DNA of 64,000 nt, taken from contig JAKAKZ010000002.1 in NCBI GenBank assembly GCA_021824285.1, positions 1,303 through 65,302 on the forward strand, in the 5' to 3' direction. The position numbers and the translations under genes were made by a program. This document shows positions 46,954 to 56,539 of this stretch, one piece after another (positions within the stretch are counted from its first letter, which is position 1; each line of letters starts with the position of its first letter). Below the pieces are notes generated by a model. That model was given only the letters and a program-made list of their open reading frames with translations, was not told the DNA's origin and did not search any database. Source of the DNA: a bacterium (GTDB lineage: Bacteria > Patescibacteriota > Patescibacteriia > SG8-24).

Positions 46954-47161
46954 ATCTCCTCCGTTGGGGATAGACTACGGCCGCCAAGAGCATACCGCCG
47001 CCGGCTCCAGCCATCAAGATGGGCACAAACTGCTACCGCTGCCTTAGGCGCGCCAGCCAAAACGAAAGTCCGTCCAAAACCAGCGATTCGCGGCCAAAGG
47101 ATTGACTTTTTTGGCTTTTTGCGCCTAAATAAAGGTGTTCATTAAACATTCGGAGGGTAAA

Positions 47162-47902
47162 ATGAAAGCCCAAACCGCGCTTCTCGCAGTCATGCTGTCA
47201 ATCCTGCCGCCAGCGGCAAGGGCGGAGGTGGGGGCGGATACGCCAAAACAGGAAAGTCCCAGGGTTCGGTTGCAGCCGCGCTTCTGGTATCACCTGGCCG
47301 CGTTTCCGGCCTACTCGCTGGCGGCCGACGTGACGCACGAGGGCGCGCATGCGCTCATGGCCCTGGCGCTCGGCAAGGGCATCAGTCGCTTCGAGCCCTA
47401 CCCGCACGTCACGGACGTCGGCGACGGTCAACAGAGGTTCGTGTTCGGCGTGATGGCCATGAGCGGTCCCAGCTCGCTGACCGAGGACGCTCTGATGCTC
47501 GCCGCCCCATCGCTCATGGACCTGGCGCTCTTCTCCGCGGCGGACCTGACGCTCTCGTATACCGATCCGCAATCATGGTATGCGCCGGTGCTCTGGTTCT
47601 CCTGTCTCCTCTGGCCGCTCATCGACTGGACCTACAACATGAGCAATTTGGGCGCCTTCAGCGACGTGACGCGGGTTTCCCGGATACTCGGCCTCAACCG
47701 TGTGGGCGTCGCCGTGGTCGGCGATGTCCTGGCGGCCGTCGGCCTGTGGCGCGTGGTCCATCATTTCATCAGGATCTTCCTGGTGATCGATGCGGTTCCG
47801 GACGCGGAAAAGATATCCGGCCTGTCCGTGCTCGATTCCCTGAACGTGACACCGGCCCTGAGCCCCTCCTTCACCGGCCTGGCGCTCACCGGCCGCTTCT
47901 GA
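47162..47902 (+). CDS. Membrane HExxH peptidase-like protein (M50-like)
   Basis: Signal peptide, THEGAHAL, LAAP and SD motifs, and C-terminal GLALTGRF. Confidence 0.65.
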   Translation: MKAQTALLAVMLSILPPAARAEVGADTPKQESPRVRLQPRFWYHLAAFPAYSLAADVTHEGAHALMALALGKGISRFEPYPHVTDVGDGQQRFVFGVMAMSGPSSLTEDALMLAAPSLMDLALFSAADLTLSYTDPQSWYAPVLWFSCLLWPLIDWTYNMSNLGAFSDVTRVSRILGLNRVGVAVVGDVLAAVGLWRVVHHFIRIFLVIDAVPDAEKISGLSVLDSLNVTPALSPSFTGLALTGRF

Positions 47903-47983
47903 CCCCACTTCGGTGGGGTTTTTAAATGCTAAAATCGCGCCACGAGCGCGATTTATTTGAACTTTAAACCCTAAACTCCAGCC

Positions 47984-49441
47984 TTACGCTTCACCGTTCC
48001 TGTTCCCCTTCTCGAAATACTCCTTCTCCGCGCCGATGGAATCCAGATCGAAACGCCGACCTTCCAGCACGGCCCGCGCAGCCAAGAAACCCATTTCCAA
48101 CGAGTGGTCCTGATTGGTGTACTTGAACCGACCAGGCCGGCCGACCCACTGCAGGTTGGTGAAGCCGTCTAGATAGTCCCTGACGACCGCCAGATTTTTT
48201 TGGTAATCAAGGTCGTAGATCGGGTAGTCCTTACCACCGGGAATACGGTAGTAGTGCCGCACCTCCTCTCTCCGAAAGAAGCCATATCTCTCGAAGCGCG
48301 GCGCCACGAGCGCGAACAGCTCCTCGGCCGTGGCGCGGTGCGTCGCATCGCCTTCATTGCAAAAAAATTCTATAAATAGCGAGGTCTTACCCGGCGGCGA
48401 CATCCGCGCGCTGAAATTGCGCATCTCGGACGAGCGCGCAAAAGGCAAATCGCGCTCCGGAAAATAGATCCACTGGTCGTCGGTGACCTTCGGACGGTCC
48501 AGGGTGATGAACAGATGGACCTGGCTGCGCCATTTGAGCCCGCCGGCGGCGGCCAGTACGTCGGCCGGCGGCGCCGGTTCCAGGAGCGACAGGAATTCAG
48601 TCACGGGCACCGATTCGATCAGGTTGGAGCAGCGCAGTTCGCGCTCCCCTGCCGGCCCGGCGAGCGTCACGGCTTCGATACGGCCGCCCGCGTGGCGGAC
48701 GCGCATCGGCCTGGTCTCAAGCGAGATCTTGCGGCCGTTCTGCCGTAGATTCTCGGCCAGCTTTTCATATAGAAAGCCGGCACCGAGGTCGGGATAATAG
48801 AACGTATCCACGAGCGACTTCGGCTTCTCCTTCTGCTTGGCCGCGAACAGCCGCGCCGCGGCGTTCTTGACGAGCGCCAAGACGTTCAGCCCGGCGATGC
48901 GCTGCTGGGCCCAATCGAGATGCAGCCGCTCGGTCGGCACGCCCCAGATCTTCTCCGTGTAGTTGATGACGTTGAACTCGGCGAGCGGCCGGCCGAAGCT
49001 GGCGTAGGCCCAGTCGCGGAAATTTCTGATCGGCGACTTGAGCCAGCGGTAGCGCACGACCGCGGCTGCGTACCCGACCGCGCAGCGCAGCACCATGGCC
49101 GGACCGAGATTGCGCATCGCCTGAAAGGCATTGATCGGGTAGTCGAAGAATTTCCCGGCGATGTACTGCCGGGTCTGCCGCTTCACCGAAATCCAGTGTT
49201 CGCCCAGCACCTCGCCGATCAGGCCGTAAAGACGCCGATTCTTGGAAAAAAAACGGTGCGGTCCGTTGTCCGTGCGGAACTCCAGGTCGCCTTCGCGAAA
49301 AACATAGGTCTTGGCCAGGCCGCCGACCTGCGCAGACTTTTCTATTATCTCAAAATCCCGTCCCGCGCGGTCGAGTTCCAGCGCCGCGGCCATCCCGGCC
49401 GGTCCGGCACCGATTATGAGGATTTTCCTTTCGTTAGACAT
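47984..49441 (-). CDS. FAD-dependent oxidoreductase (protoporphyrinogen oxidase / UDP-galactopyranose mutase-like)
   Basis: IIGAGPAG, VGGLAKT, GPHRFF, YTEKIWG, WAQQRI and GR.G.FKYTNQDHS. Confidence 0.88.
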   Translation of the reverse strand: MSNERKILIIGAGPAGMAAALELDRAGRDFEIIEKSAQVGGLAKTYVFREGDLEFRTDNGPHRFFSKNRRLYGLIGEVLGEHWISVKRQTRQYIAGKFFDYPINAFQAMRNLGPAMVLRCAVGYAAAVVRYRWLKSPIRNFRDWAYASFGRPLAEFNVINYTEKIWGVPTERLHLDWAQQRIAGLNVLALVKNAAARLFAAKQKEKPKSLVDTFYYPDLGAGFLYEKLAENLRQNGRKISLETRPMRVRHAGGRIEAVTLAGPAGERELRCSNLIESVPVTEFLSLLEPAPPADVLAAAGGLKWRSQVHLFITLDRPKVTDDQWIYFPERDLPFARSSEMRNFSARMSPPGKTSLFIEFFCNEGDATHRATAEELFALVAPRFERYGFFRREEVRHYYRIPGGKDYPIYDLDYQKNLAVVRDYLDGFTNLQWVGRPGRFKYTNQDHSLEMGFLAARAVLEGRRFDLDSIGAEKEYFEKGNRNGEA

Positions 49442-49459
49442 GAAAATATGTGTGAAGCT

Positions 49460-49668
49460 GAGATTGCTTCGCTCCGCTAGCGCTACGCTCGCAATGACAA
49501 TAGGCGAGATGCATCATGCACTCACTCACCCCCCTAAAATCAACGCCCGTCATGCGGGCGACCCCATCCCCTTCCGTCATCGCGAGGAGGCCCGTCCCAT
49601 TCTGCTATTACGAGGCGATCCATCTTTTTTGTCATTGCGAGGAGGGCCGCGCCCGACGAAGCAATCTC
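49460..49668. repeat. GTCATTGCGAG...GAAGCAATC REP-like palindrome cluster
   Basis: Inverted copy at 49460-49498, a degenerate direct copy at about 49576-49622 and a direct copy at 49631-49668. Confidence 0.75.
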
Positions 49669-49705
49669 AGCCCCACCCACCCCACACCCCCAAAACCCCC
49701 AAACC

Positions 49706-50596
49706 TCAACACCTAACCCACCCCTCCGGAACGATGCCGCTCGTGCGGAAGCGCCAGTCGCGGAACCACCGCCGAGGCGCCACCACAATCTTGTCCGGCC
49801 GCGGGTCGAGCCAGGCGCCCCACCAGCTGAAGGAGCTGTTCGCGAGAATATGATGCCGACAGCGGCTCATGAGTATGAGCTCCTCGACGTCGGAGATGCC
49901 CGGCCGAGAGACATATACGGCCGGGCCGCCATACTTCAGGTTCTCCTTGGCCCAGGCGATATCGTCGGAAAAGACGAAACAGCGCGGCGCGGCGACGCGC
50001 CGGGTGACGATTCGGGAGGCGGCCCGGTAATAGGCCAGATCGACCGTACCGAACGCGCTGCGCACCGCCTTATTGGTCACAAAATCGCCGCGGCGGACAT
50101 GTATGGAAACCGAGGCCTCGGCTTCGGTCCCTTGGACATGGGCCGCATCGGCAGATTCGATCTGCTTCAAGATGGCGGCTGCAGCCTGAGAAAGCGGCGC
50201 CTTGAGAGAAAATTCGCGGCGGATCTCGTCCGCCATGTCGGCGAAATAACGCTCGCTCTGCCAGAAGCCCTCGAGATAAGATCCGTCACGCGCGTAAAAG
50301 GCGCGCGGATCGTAGCCGTAATTTGCGCCGATGAGCTTGCGGAGGGCTTTCTGCGCCAGCACCGCCAGCCGGCTCGGCCGGCGCGCGTCGCGCAGCTCCT
50401 CGGCCGTCGCCAACTCCCCGGCAATATTGAATTTTTCCAGCATGAACTGCCGCGGCGCGTCCGAGCCGAAATCCGACTTGGCGTACCAGGACGCATCCAA
50501 CTTAACCGGCAAACCGCGCCGCCGCGCCAATGCGCGCGCGAACGCGTACTGAAACATCTGGTTGCCGAGGCCGCCGATCAGCCGCACGACGAACAT
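49706..50596 (-). CDS. GT11 alpha-1,2-fucosyltransferase-like
   Basis: GGLGNQMFQYA, GFWQSERYF, HVRRGDF, FSDD and ANSSFSWWGAWL. Confidence 0.93.
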   Translation of the reverse strand: MFVVRLIGGLGNQMFQYAFARALARRRGLPVKLDASWYAKSDFGSDAPRQFMLEKFNIAGELATAEELRDARRPSRLAVLAQKALRKLIGANYGYDPRAFYARDGSYLEGFWQSERYFADMADEIRREFSLKAPLSQAAAAILKQIESADAAHVQGTEAEASVSIHVRRGDFVTNKAVRSAFGTVDLAYYRAASRIVTRRVAAPRCFVFSDDIAWAKENLKYGGPAVYVSRPGISDVEELILMSRCRHHILANSSFSWWGAWLDPRPDKIVVAPRRWFRDWRFRTSGIVPEGWVRC

Positions 50597-50599
50597 AGC

Positions 50600-51580
50600 C
50601 TATTTGCCGGCGCTCGCCGCCACCTGCGCGGCGATCCACCGATAAGTCTTCTCCATGCCTTCGCGCAGCGGCCGGCTCGGCGTCCAGCCGAGCTTCTCGC
50701 GGATCAGGTGGTTGTCGGAATTGCGGCCGCGCACGCCGAGCGGACCCTCGATGTGCTTGAGGCCAAGCTTCTTGCCGGCGATCTCCATCGCCATCTCCGC
50801 CAGGCCGTTGATTGAGATCATCTCCTCGGAGCCGATGTTGACCGGCCCGGTGAAGTCGCTGTCGACCAGGCGCCGGATGCCATCTAGGCACTCGTCGATG
50901 TAAAGGAAGGAACGTGTCTGCTTGCCGTCGCCCCAGACCTCAATTTCGCTGCCCTCCGGCGACTCGGCCACCTTGCGGCACATGGCTGCCGGCGCTTTCT
51001 CCTTGCCGCCGGTCCAGGTCCCTTCGGGGCCGAAAATGTTGTGGAAGCGCGCGATGCGGACCTTGAGGCCGTAGTTGCGGTGGAACGACAGGTACATGCG
51101 CTCGCTGAACAGCTTCTCCCAGCCGTACTCGCTGTCCGGCTCCGCGGGATAGGCCGAAGCCTCGCTGCACTTCGGGTTGTCCGGATCGAGCTGGTTATAG
51201 GCCGGGTAGATGCAGGCCGAAGAGGAATAGAAGATGCGGCCGACCTTGTGCTTGTTGGCCAGCTCCGCGACGTTCAGGTTGATGAGCGCGGAGTTGTGCA
51301 TCACGTCCGCGTCGTGCAAGCCGCTGAAGATGTAGCCCGCGCCGCCCATATCCGCCGCGAGCTGGTAGACCTCGTCGAAGGCGCGGTCGAGCACCGCACG
51401 GCAGACCTGCTGGTCGCGCAGGTCGCCGACGACGAAATCGTCGGCCGTCGTCGCCGAAAACTCCGGCTTCTTCAGGTCCACGCCGCGGACCCAGAACCCT
51501 TCGGACTTGAGCCGATTAACGAGATGGTGGCCGATGAATCCTCCGGCCCCGCAGACGAGAGCTGTCTTCTGGTTGGGCAT
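50600..51580 (-). CDS. NAD-dependent epimerase, GDP-mannose 3,5-epimerase-like
   Basis: GAGGFIG, LAADMGGAGYI, SSSACIYP, YGWEK, GGKEKAPAAMCRK and GVRGRNSDN. Confidence 0.9.
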   Translation of the reverse strand: MPNQKTALVCGAGGFIGHHLVNRLKSEGFWVRGVDLKKPEFSATTADDFVVGDLRDQQVCRAVLDRAFDEVYQLAADMGGAGYIFSGLHDADVMHNSALINLNVAELANKHKVGRIFYSSSACIYPAYNQLDPDNPKCSEASAYPAEPDSEYGWEKLFSERMYLSFHRNYGLKVRIARFHNIFGPEGTWTGGKEKAPAAMCRKVAESPEGSEIEVWGDGKQTRSFLYIDECLDGIRRLVDSDFTGPVNIGSEEMISINGLAEMAMEIAGKKLGLKHIEGPLGVRGRNSDNHLIREKLGWTPSRPLREGMEKTYRWIAAQVAASAGK

Positions 51581-51581
51581 A

Positions 51582-52514
51582 TCAACGTCGGATAAGTTTG
51601 AGTAAGGCAGCCAGACGATTCAGGACCTTCCTGGCCGGACTGACGTAGAATATCTTGTAGTGCGTGCGGCGGTCGGCCTCGGCGTCCGGCGCCATGATGG
51701 CCGGGTGCGTGAGAGGAAACGAAATGGCTTTCGTGCCGAGATCGGCCACGTCGCTTGCGCCCGTCGTGTGCGTGGCGTCCGCGCCGAAACCGATGTTGGA
51801 GATGAGGTTGACGTTCGGCAGGATGCACAGTCCGTTCTGCGCCAAGATAGCGTATTCCCACTGATAATCCCAGGTGTTGACGGCGCCGGCGTGCGCCCGG
51901 TCGAAGATGCGACGCCAATATCTCCGCTGGTCGGCATCCGACCAGACGCCGGCGAACATGCTGCGCTGCCGGAATTCCGGATACGTCTTCATCACCAGAT
52001 CGTAGTGTTGCCAGGCGCGACGCCAAGTGGCCCAACCCCAGACGTGGTTATAGCGCGAAAAATAATAGCTGGCCCCGCCGACCTTGCGGCCGTCCTGAAA
52101 GTTGTCGCCGCTCACGTGCATGACGCGCTCATCGTCGCGATACCGCTCCAGCATCTCGCGGCAGAACGGGAAGAACGACGGGTCGGGCAGGCAGTCATCT
52201 TCCAGGATGATCCCCTGTTCGACGTTCTCGAAGAACCAGTCGATGGCCGTAGCCACGCCCTTGCGGCAACCCAAATTCGACTCGCGCAGCAGCGTCTTTA
52301 CCTCGCAGTCCCAGTCGATTGCCTTGAGCGTCTCCTCGCGTACCTGTGCACATCTGGCCGCGTCCGAGGCGTTGCCCGGCCGCGGGCCGTCTGCCGCAAT
52401 GAAGAGCCGCGTCGGCTTCAGCTCGCGCAGGCGCGCCAGCACGACCCGCGCCGTGTCGGGACGGTTGAAGATGATGAAGAGGATGGGGACGTCGTACGGC
52501 TGGCCCGCTGGCAT
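51582..52514 (-). CDS. Nucleotide-diphospho-sugar transferase (GT-A fold)
   Basis: FNRPD, DGPR, NLGC, IILEDD, WGWATWRRAW, TWDYQW and NIGFG. Confidence 0.85.
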   Translation of the reverse strand: MPAGQPYDVPILFIIFNRPDTARVVLARLRELKPTRLFIAADGPRPGNASDAARCAQVREETLKAIDWDCEVKTLLRESNLGCRKGVATAIDWFFENVEQGIILEDDCLPDPSFFPFCREMLERYRDDERVMHVSGDNFQDGRKVGGASYYFSRYNHVWGWATWRRAWQHYDLVMKTYPEFRQRSMFAGVWSDADQRRYWRRIFDRAHAGAVNTWDYQWEYAILAQNGLCILPNVNLISNIGFGADATHTTGASDVADLGTKAISFPLTHPAIMAPDAEADRRTHYKIFYVSPARKVLNRLAALLKLIRR

Positions 52515-52519
52515 ACGGC

Positions 52520-53506
52520 TCAATAATAGACCAAAGTGGCGTATTTATCGAAGAAGAACCGGTCTTGGCCGCGGTAATATTCCCAATCCACGCCGCCTTT
52601 CCGCAGGGTGATGAACGGGATATTGCCGTAATAGGCGGCAATCGGGCCGAACGTGCTGTTCGAACCGATAATCAGGTCGCAGGCGGCGAGCAAGAACAGG
52701 TCCTCCATGTACGAACGGCCCGGCTGGCTGACGTGCAACCCAGGAAATTTCGCGAGATCGATTGTCTCGTCCGAACAGATCAGGAACGCCGTCGTCGCCG
52801 TATCCACGCCGAACTTGGCGACGTATTCGCCGAGCGCGGCGTTGACTTCTTCGGCGGAAAAGCAGTGTTTGGCGGCATCGGGATCGCCGCGGTAGTCGCC
52901 TTGCCGGATGTGCACGCCGATGACTTTGCGGTAGCGGCTCCGCAGTTCGGACATCTTCCGCCCTATGCTAGCCGCCACTTCCGGCTTGGGACCGAACGCG
53001 GCGACGATTTCCTTGCGGTACTTTCCCAAGCCTACGGGATTCCGGAACAGCCAGCCGTGGAAATAGACCGTGCGGTGCGGCGCGGCTTCCTGGGCCAGAA
53101 CCTCCGGCGAAGCGTCCGGCGTCGGCGGCAGGTATTGGATCTTCGGCACAGGCTCCATGGGCGCGTAGATGACCTGCTTCCGGCAAAGCTTCTCCACCAG
53201 TTTCACATAGACCTTATAGAGCTTGCGAAACAGGTTATCGTGCGGGTCGCGAAAAAAGACTTTCGAAAAGTGCCGTTTCAGGAAATCATGGGTCCGGTAG
53301 TAAAGCAGCTCGATCGCGCGGTTGTTCGGCCGCAGATTGAAGTGCCGCGCGTACTCGAAGAAGCAGTGGTTCTCCAGCCGGTAGCCGCGCTCCAGGCAGT
53401 AGGCGTAGATGCTCATGTACGGCCAGAGCTGGTTGGCCAGCCGGCCGCCGTTGTGCCAGAGGAAAACGATGCGTTTTTGCCGCCCAGCCATGATGCCGCA
53501 GATCAT
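52520..53506 (-). CDS. Second GT11-like glycosyltransferase
   Basis: GRLANQ, GVHIRQGDY, CSDE and GSNSTF. Confidence 0.8.
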   Translation of the reverse strand: MICGIMAGRQKRIVFLWHNGGRLANQLWPYMSIYAYCLERGYRLENHCFFEYARHFNLRPNNRAIELLYYRTHDFLKRHFSKVFFRDPHDNLFRKLYKVYVKLVEKLCRKQVIYAPMEPVPKIQYLPPTPDASPEVLAQEAAPHRTVYFHGWLFRNPVGLGKYRKEIVAAFGPKPEVAASIGRKMSELRSRYRKVIGVHIRQGDYRGDPDAAKHCFSAEEVNAALGEYVAKFGVDTATTAFLICSDETIDLAKFPGLHVSQPGRSYMEDLFLLAACDLIIGSNSTFGPIAAYYGNIPFITLRKGGVDWEYYRGQDRFFFDKYATLVYY

Positions 53507-54387
53507 TGCCCCTGGGGCTTTTCCCAGGTGGCCGCAATGAAGCAGCGGCCGTCCGTTTCCTCCTTCAGCAGTTCCAGCGAATAGCCCATCCCGCGCAGGA
53601 ATTCGCCGACCTTGAACATGTTGAAGATGGAATGGATCTCCATAAGCAGGATCGGGTGGTGCTTAGCGAGAGTCTGCCGCGCGCCCTCGAGGACCGCGGA
53701 CTCGGCGCCTTCCACGTCGATCTTCATGAGATACGGCGGATCTTTGATGCCCAGTTCGGCGAACGCATCGATCGGATGGGTTTTGACCTTGGCGCGCCGA
53801 AAGCCGCGCTCCCTTTCGTAACTGCCCTTTTCGAAAAACGTGTGCGACTGACCGAGAAAGCTGCCGCTGCTGGCGCCCCCGTCCACGTCATAGCTGAACA
53901 CGAAGTCCTCCTCGCCATGCCGGTCGGCCACCGCAAAATCGTGCAGGCGGATCACGCGGCCCAAATCGCGGTTCTCGGTCATCAGCAGATCGAACCTCTC
54001 GCGGTTGAAGCCGTTCGGCTCGAATGCGTGGACCACGCCGGTCCCTCCAACAAGTTGCGCGAAGCACATGGAGCTATAGCCGAAATGCGCCCCGATATCA
54101 TAGACGGTCTTGCCGGCGAGCGGCAGGCTCTCTAGGTAGGACACGAAAAAGGCGTCGTAATCGCCCGTGACCATTTCCTTCCAGGGGCCGTCCGGGTCCA
54201 CGAAAATCCTCCGGCCTTTCAGGAGCCCGCCAGTCACAACGCACCACCGGGCAGCCAGACTGTTCTTCAGATGGCGGTCCGACCAGTTCCGGACGCGGCC
54301 ATATAGCCGCGTTTTCTTGATGGCCTTAAACGCGGGGGCCGGAATGATGGACTGCGCGATCCGGTATATCTTTCCTTTGGTGAGCAT
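53503..54387 (-). CDS. FkbM-family methyltransferase
   Basis: YDIGAHFG, AFEP and KIDVEGAE. Confidence 0.92.
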   Translation of the reverse strand: MLTKGKIYRIAQSIIPAPAFKAIKKTRLYGRVRNWSDRHLKNSLAARWCVVTGGLLKGRRIFVDPDGPWKEMVTGDYDAFFVSYLESLPLAGKTVYDIGAHFGYSSMCFAQLVGGTGVVHAFEPNGFNRERFDLLMTENRDLGRVIRLHDFAVADRHGEEDFVFSYDVDGGASSGSFLGQSHTFFEKGSYERERGFRRAKVKTHPIDAFAELGIKDPPYLMKIDVEGAESAVLEGARQTLAKHHPILLMEIHSIFNMFKVGEFLRGMGYSLELLKEETDGRCFIAATWEKPQGQ

Positions 54388-54423
54388 ATTAATCGCTGAT
54401 TCAATGTTGCCGAAATGGTGCCG

Positions 54424-55629
54424 CTATCCGTTACGCGGCTGCAGGAACGGGCCGGCGATGTTAAGCAGGAATTTCTTGAACTTGCTCATCCTGATTTTTT
54501 TCAGCGTCATCGAGCCGATCAGATCGGCGACACTGTTTTCGACCTGCGCTGGTTCGCATTTTCCCGACAGGCCGACCGATGCCCGCAGGAGATCGTAATG
54601 CAGTACAGGAGTGGCGTAACCGGTAGCCAGGATGCCCAGGATCAGTTCCGCGGACCTGCCGTATTCGCGTTTCCTGTAGGCATCAACGGCCCGACAGACC
54701 GCCTCCTCCGGCGAGACGGCCGAATCAGGCAAATTGCCGACGTAGGCCGAGAGCCCGTCAGGTCGGCGGTACGCTTCGTTGCCGGGCGCGAAGAACACGC
54801 CAGGCGCGGACCGATATATGGCCCGCACCGCAGAATGCAGGTCATTCTCCGCGAGTTTGCTCTTGCCGAAAATGTCGTACTCCAGGATCGCGCGCCGGAC
54901 CGCCGGCGACAGGAGATGGAAGATCTCCTCATAAATCAGGTAAAAATTCCTGGAGAACTCGCCGTTCTGATAGACGCGCTGGAAATACGAATCGTGGCTG
55001 CGGCTCAAACGGTGATAAAAGACCGTGCCGGGACAGGTATAGACGCTCTGCCCAGCCGCGAGATAACGGACCTCGAAGCATTGGGTATCGAAACCGTGGT
55101 GCTCCGGGTAGCCGCCGGCCGCGGCCCACGATACCTTGGTGAACAGGAAGTTGTCGAGCAGGGTGCCGCTCTCATCGAACAGGTGTTCCAGCTTGACCGG
55201 CTGCCCGACGATCTTATTGACGTGGGTATTCCGGCGGTCGTGCGGATGGTCCATGAAGAACTTCCGCCGTTCGAACTGTACGCCGTCGCATTTTTTCTCG
55301 TCGAGCAGGGCGGCCATTTTCGGCAGCACGCCGTCGCCCAAGATGTTGTCGGAGTCCAGACAGAAGACGAGATCGCCGGAGCATTCGCGGATCCCCGTGT
55401 TCCGGGCCGCTCCCCCGCCGCGGTTCTTCTCATGGTGCAGTACCCGCATCTCCGGATGCTTTCCGGCGAGCGTCGCCAGAAGTTCCCGCGTCCCGTCCTT
55501 GGAGCCGTCGTCCACAGCCACAATCTCGAAATTGCCGGCAAATCCCTGGCGGTAAACCGAATCAACGGCCTCCTCCAGGGTGGCGGCGCAGTTATAGCAC
55601 GGGATGACGATGGAAAACTTATGGGTCAT
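54424..55629 (-). CDS. GT2 glycosyltransferase
   Basis: SIVIPCYN, VDDGSKD, N.G...ARNTG and LDSDN. Confidence 0.9.
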   Translation of the reverse strand: MTHKFSIVIPCYNCAATLEEAVDSVYRQGFAGNFEIVAVDDGSKDGTRELLATLAGKHPEMRVLHHEKNRGGGAARNTGIRECSGDLVFCLDSDNILGDGVLPKMAALLDEKKCDGVQFERRKFFMDHPHDRRNTHVNKIVGQPVKLEHLFDESGTLLDNFLFTKVSWAAAGGYPEHHGFDTQCFEVRYLAAGQSVYTCPGTVFYHRLSRSHDSYFQRVYQNGEFSRNFYLIYEEIFHLLSPAVRRAILEYDIFGKSKLAENDLHSAVRAIYRSAPGVFFAPGNEAYRRPDGLSAYVGNLPDSAVSPEEAVCRAVDAYRKREYGRSAELILGILATGYATPVLHYDLLRASVGLSGKCEPAQVENSVADLIGSMTLKKIRMSKFKKFLLNIAGPFLQPRNG

Positions 55630-55630
55630 A

Positions 55631-56539
55631 TCAGCGGCGGCCGACGGCGCGGGCCGCATCTTCAATCATCTTGCGCCATGGCGCAAACATGGTGTGCGGG
55701 TCGTCAAAGCCAGACTCCAACGCGAGATACATCTCAGAAAGTTTTTTTTCGTCCCAAGCGGCCAAATCGCGCCAATCGTCGATGAGAACCAATGGCAAGC
55801 CCAGACCCAAGAAATGCTCGTTCATGATGTTCCGCTTGACGATAGGCACCGTGCGGAGCAGCAGGGCTTCCCAGGTGCGGATACAGTCGATGCCGTTGCC
55901 CGGCGGCGAGGCCACAAACTTGTAGCCGTGTAAAACGCGCGCGTATTCCGGCGGAATCGGCCAACCCTCTAGGCGGTCCGCGCTCGCGCAAGTCGACAGA
56001 GCATCCAGCGCCGGCTGCCGCTCGGTCGGGTTCGTGGCGACCGTAAAACCGTAAAGGATCCGATTCTTTTTCGGCGTGGCCGCACGCCTTAACCGGGCGA
56101 AAATCCGCGGCAGGCCGTTGTTGCAATAATAGCGGTTCTCCAGCCCAATGGGTATCGGCCTGATTTTATCGTGCCGGACAGCCACGTTCTGCGCGAACCA
56201 GGCCGCAATACGGTCATCAAGCTTAGCGGCGAGAGCGGCGTCGATATTCCGGTCGCCGTTGTGGGTGATAAGCACGTATTTCGCTGCAATCTTCGGATGC
56301 GCTTCGGCGAAATAGCGGTCAATCATCTTCACGTCAACGAAAATGACGGCGCCGGCCCGCACCGCCTCCGGACGGAACTCGCGGCCATTTTCATATATAT
56401 GATCGGCCATGGCCCGAAACGTGTCGCCGCTCACGAAGGGAAGGCTATCCGGCCGCGGATTCGGCGTGAATGGCAAAAGCCGCCGGCACAGGCCGCGCCG
56501 CAAGCGAAAAGCTAATTCCTTCAGGCGGTGCGTGCCCAT
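55631..56539 (-). CDS. Glycosyltransferase-like (exostosin-like) protein
   Basis: LITHNGD, WFAQN, PIPIGL and FVASPPGNGIDCIRTWEAL. Confidence 0.7.
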   Translation of the reverse strand: MGTHRLKELAFRLRRGLCRRLLPFTPNPRPDSLPFVSGDTFRAMADHIYENGREFRPEAVRAGAVIFVDVKMIDRYFAEAHPKIAAKYVLITHNGDRNIDAALAAKLDDRIAAWFAQNVAVRHDKIRPIPIGLENRYYCNNGLPRIFARLRRAATPKKNRILYGFTVATNPTERQPALDALSTCASADRLEGWPIPPEYARVLHGYKFVASPPGNGIDCIRTWEALLLRTVPIVKRNIMNEHFLGLGLPLVLIDDWRDLAAWDEKKLSEMYLALESGFDDPHTMFAPWRKMIEDAARAVGRR

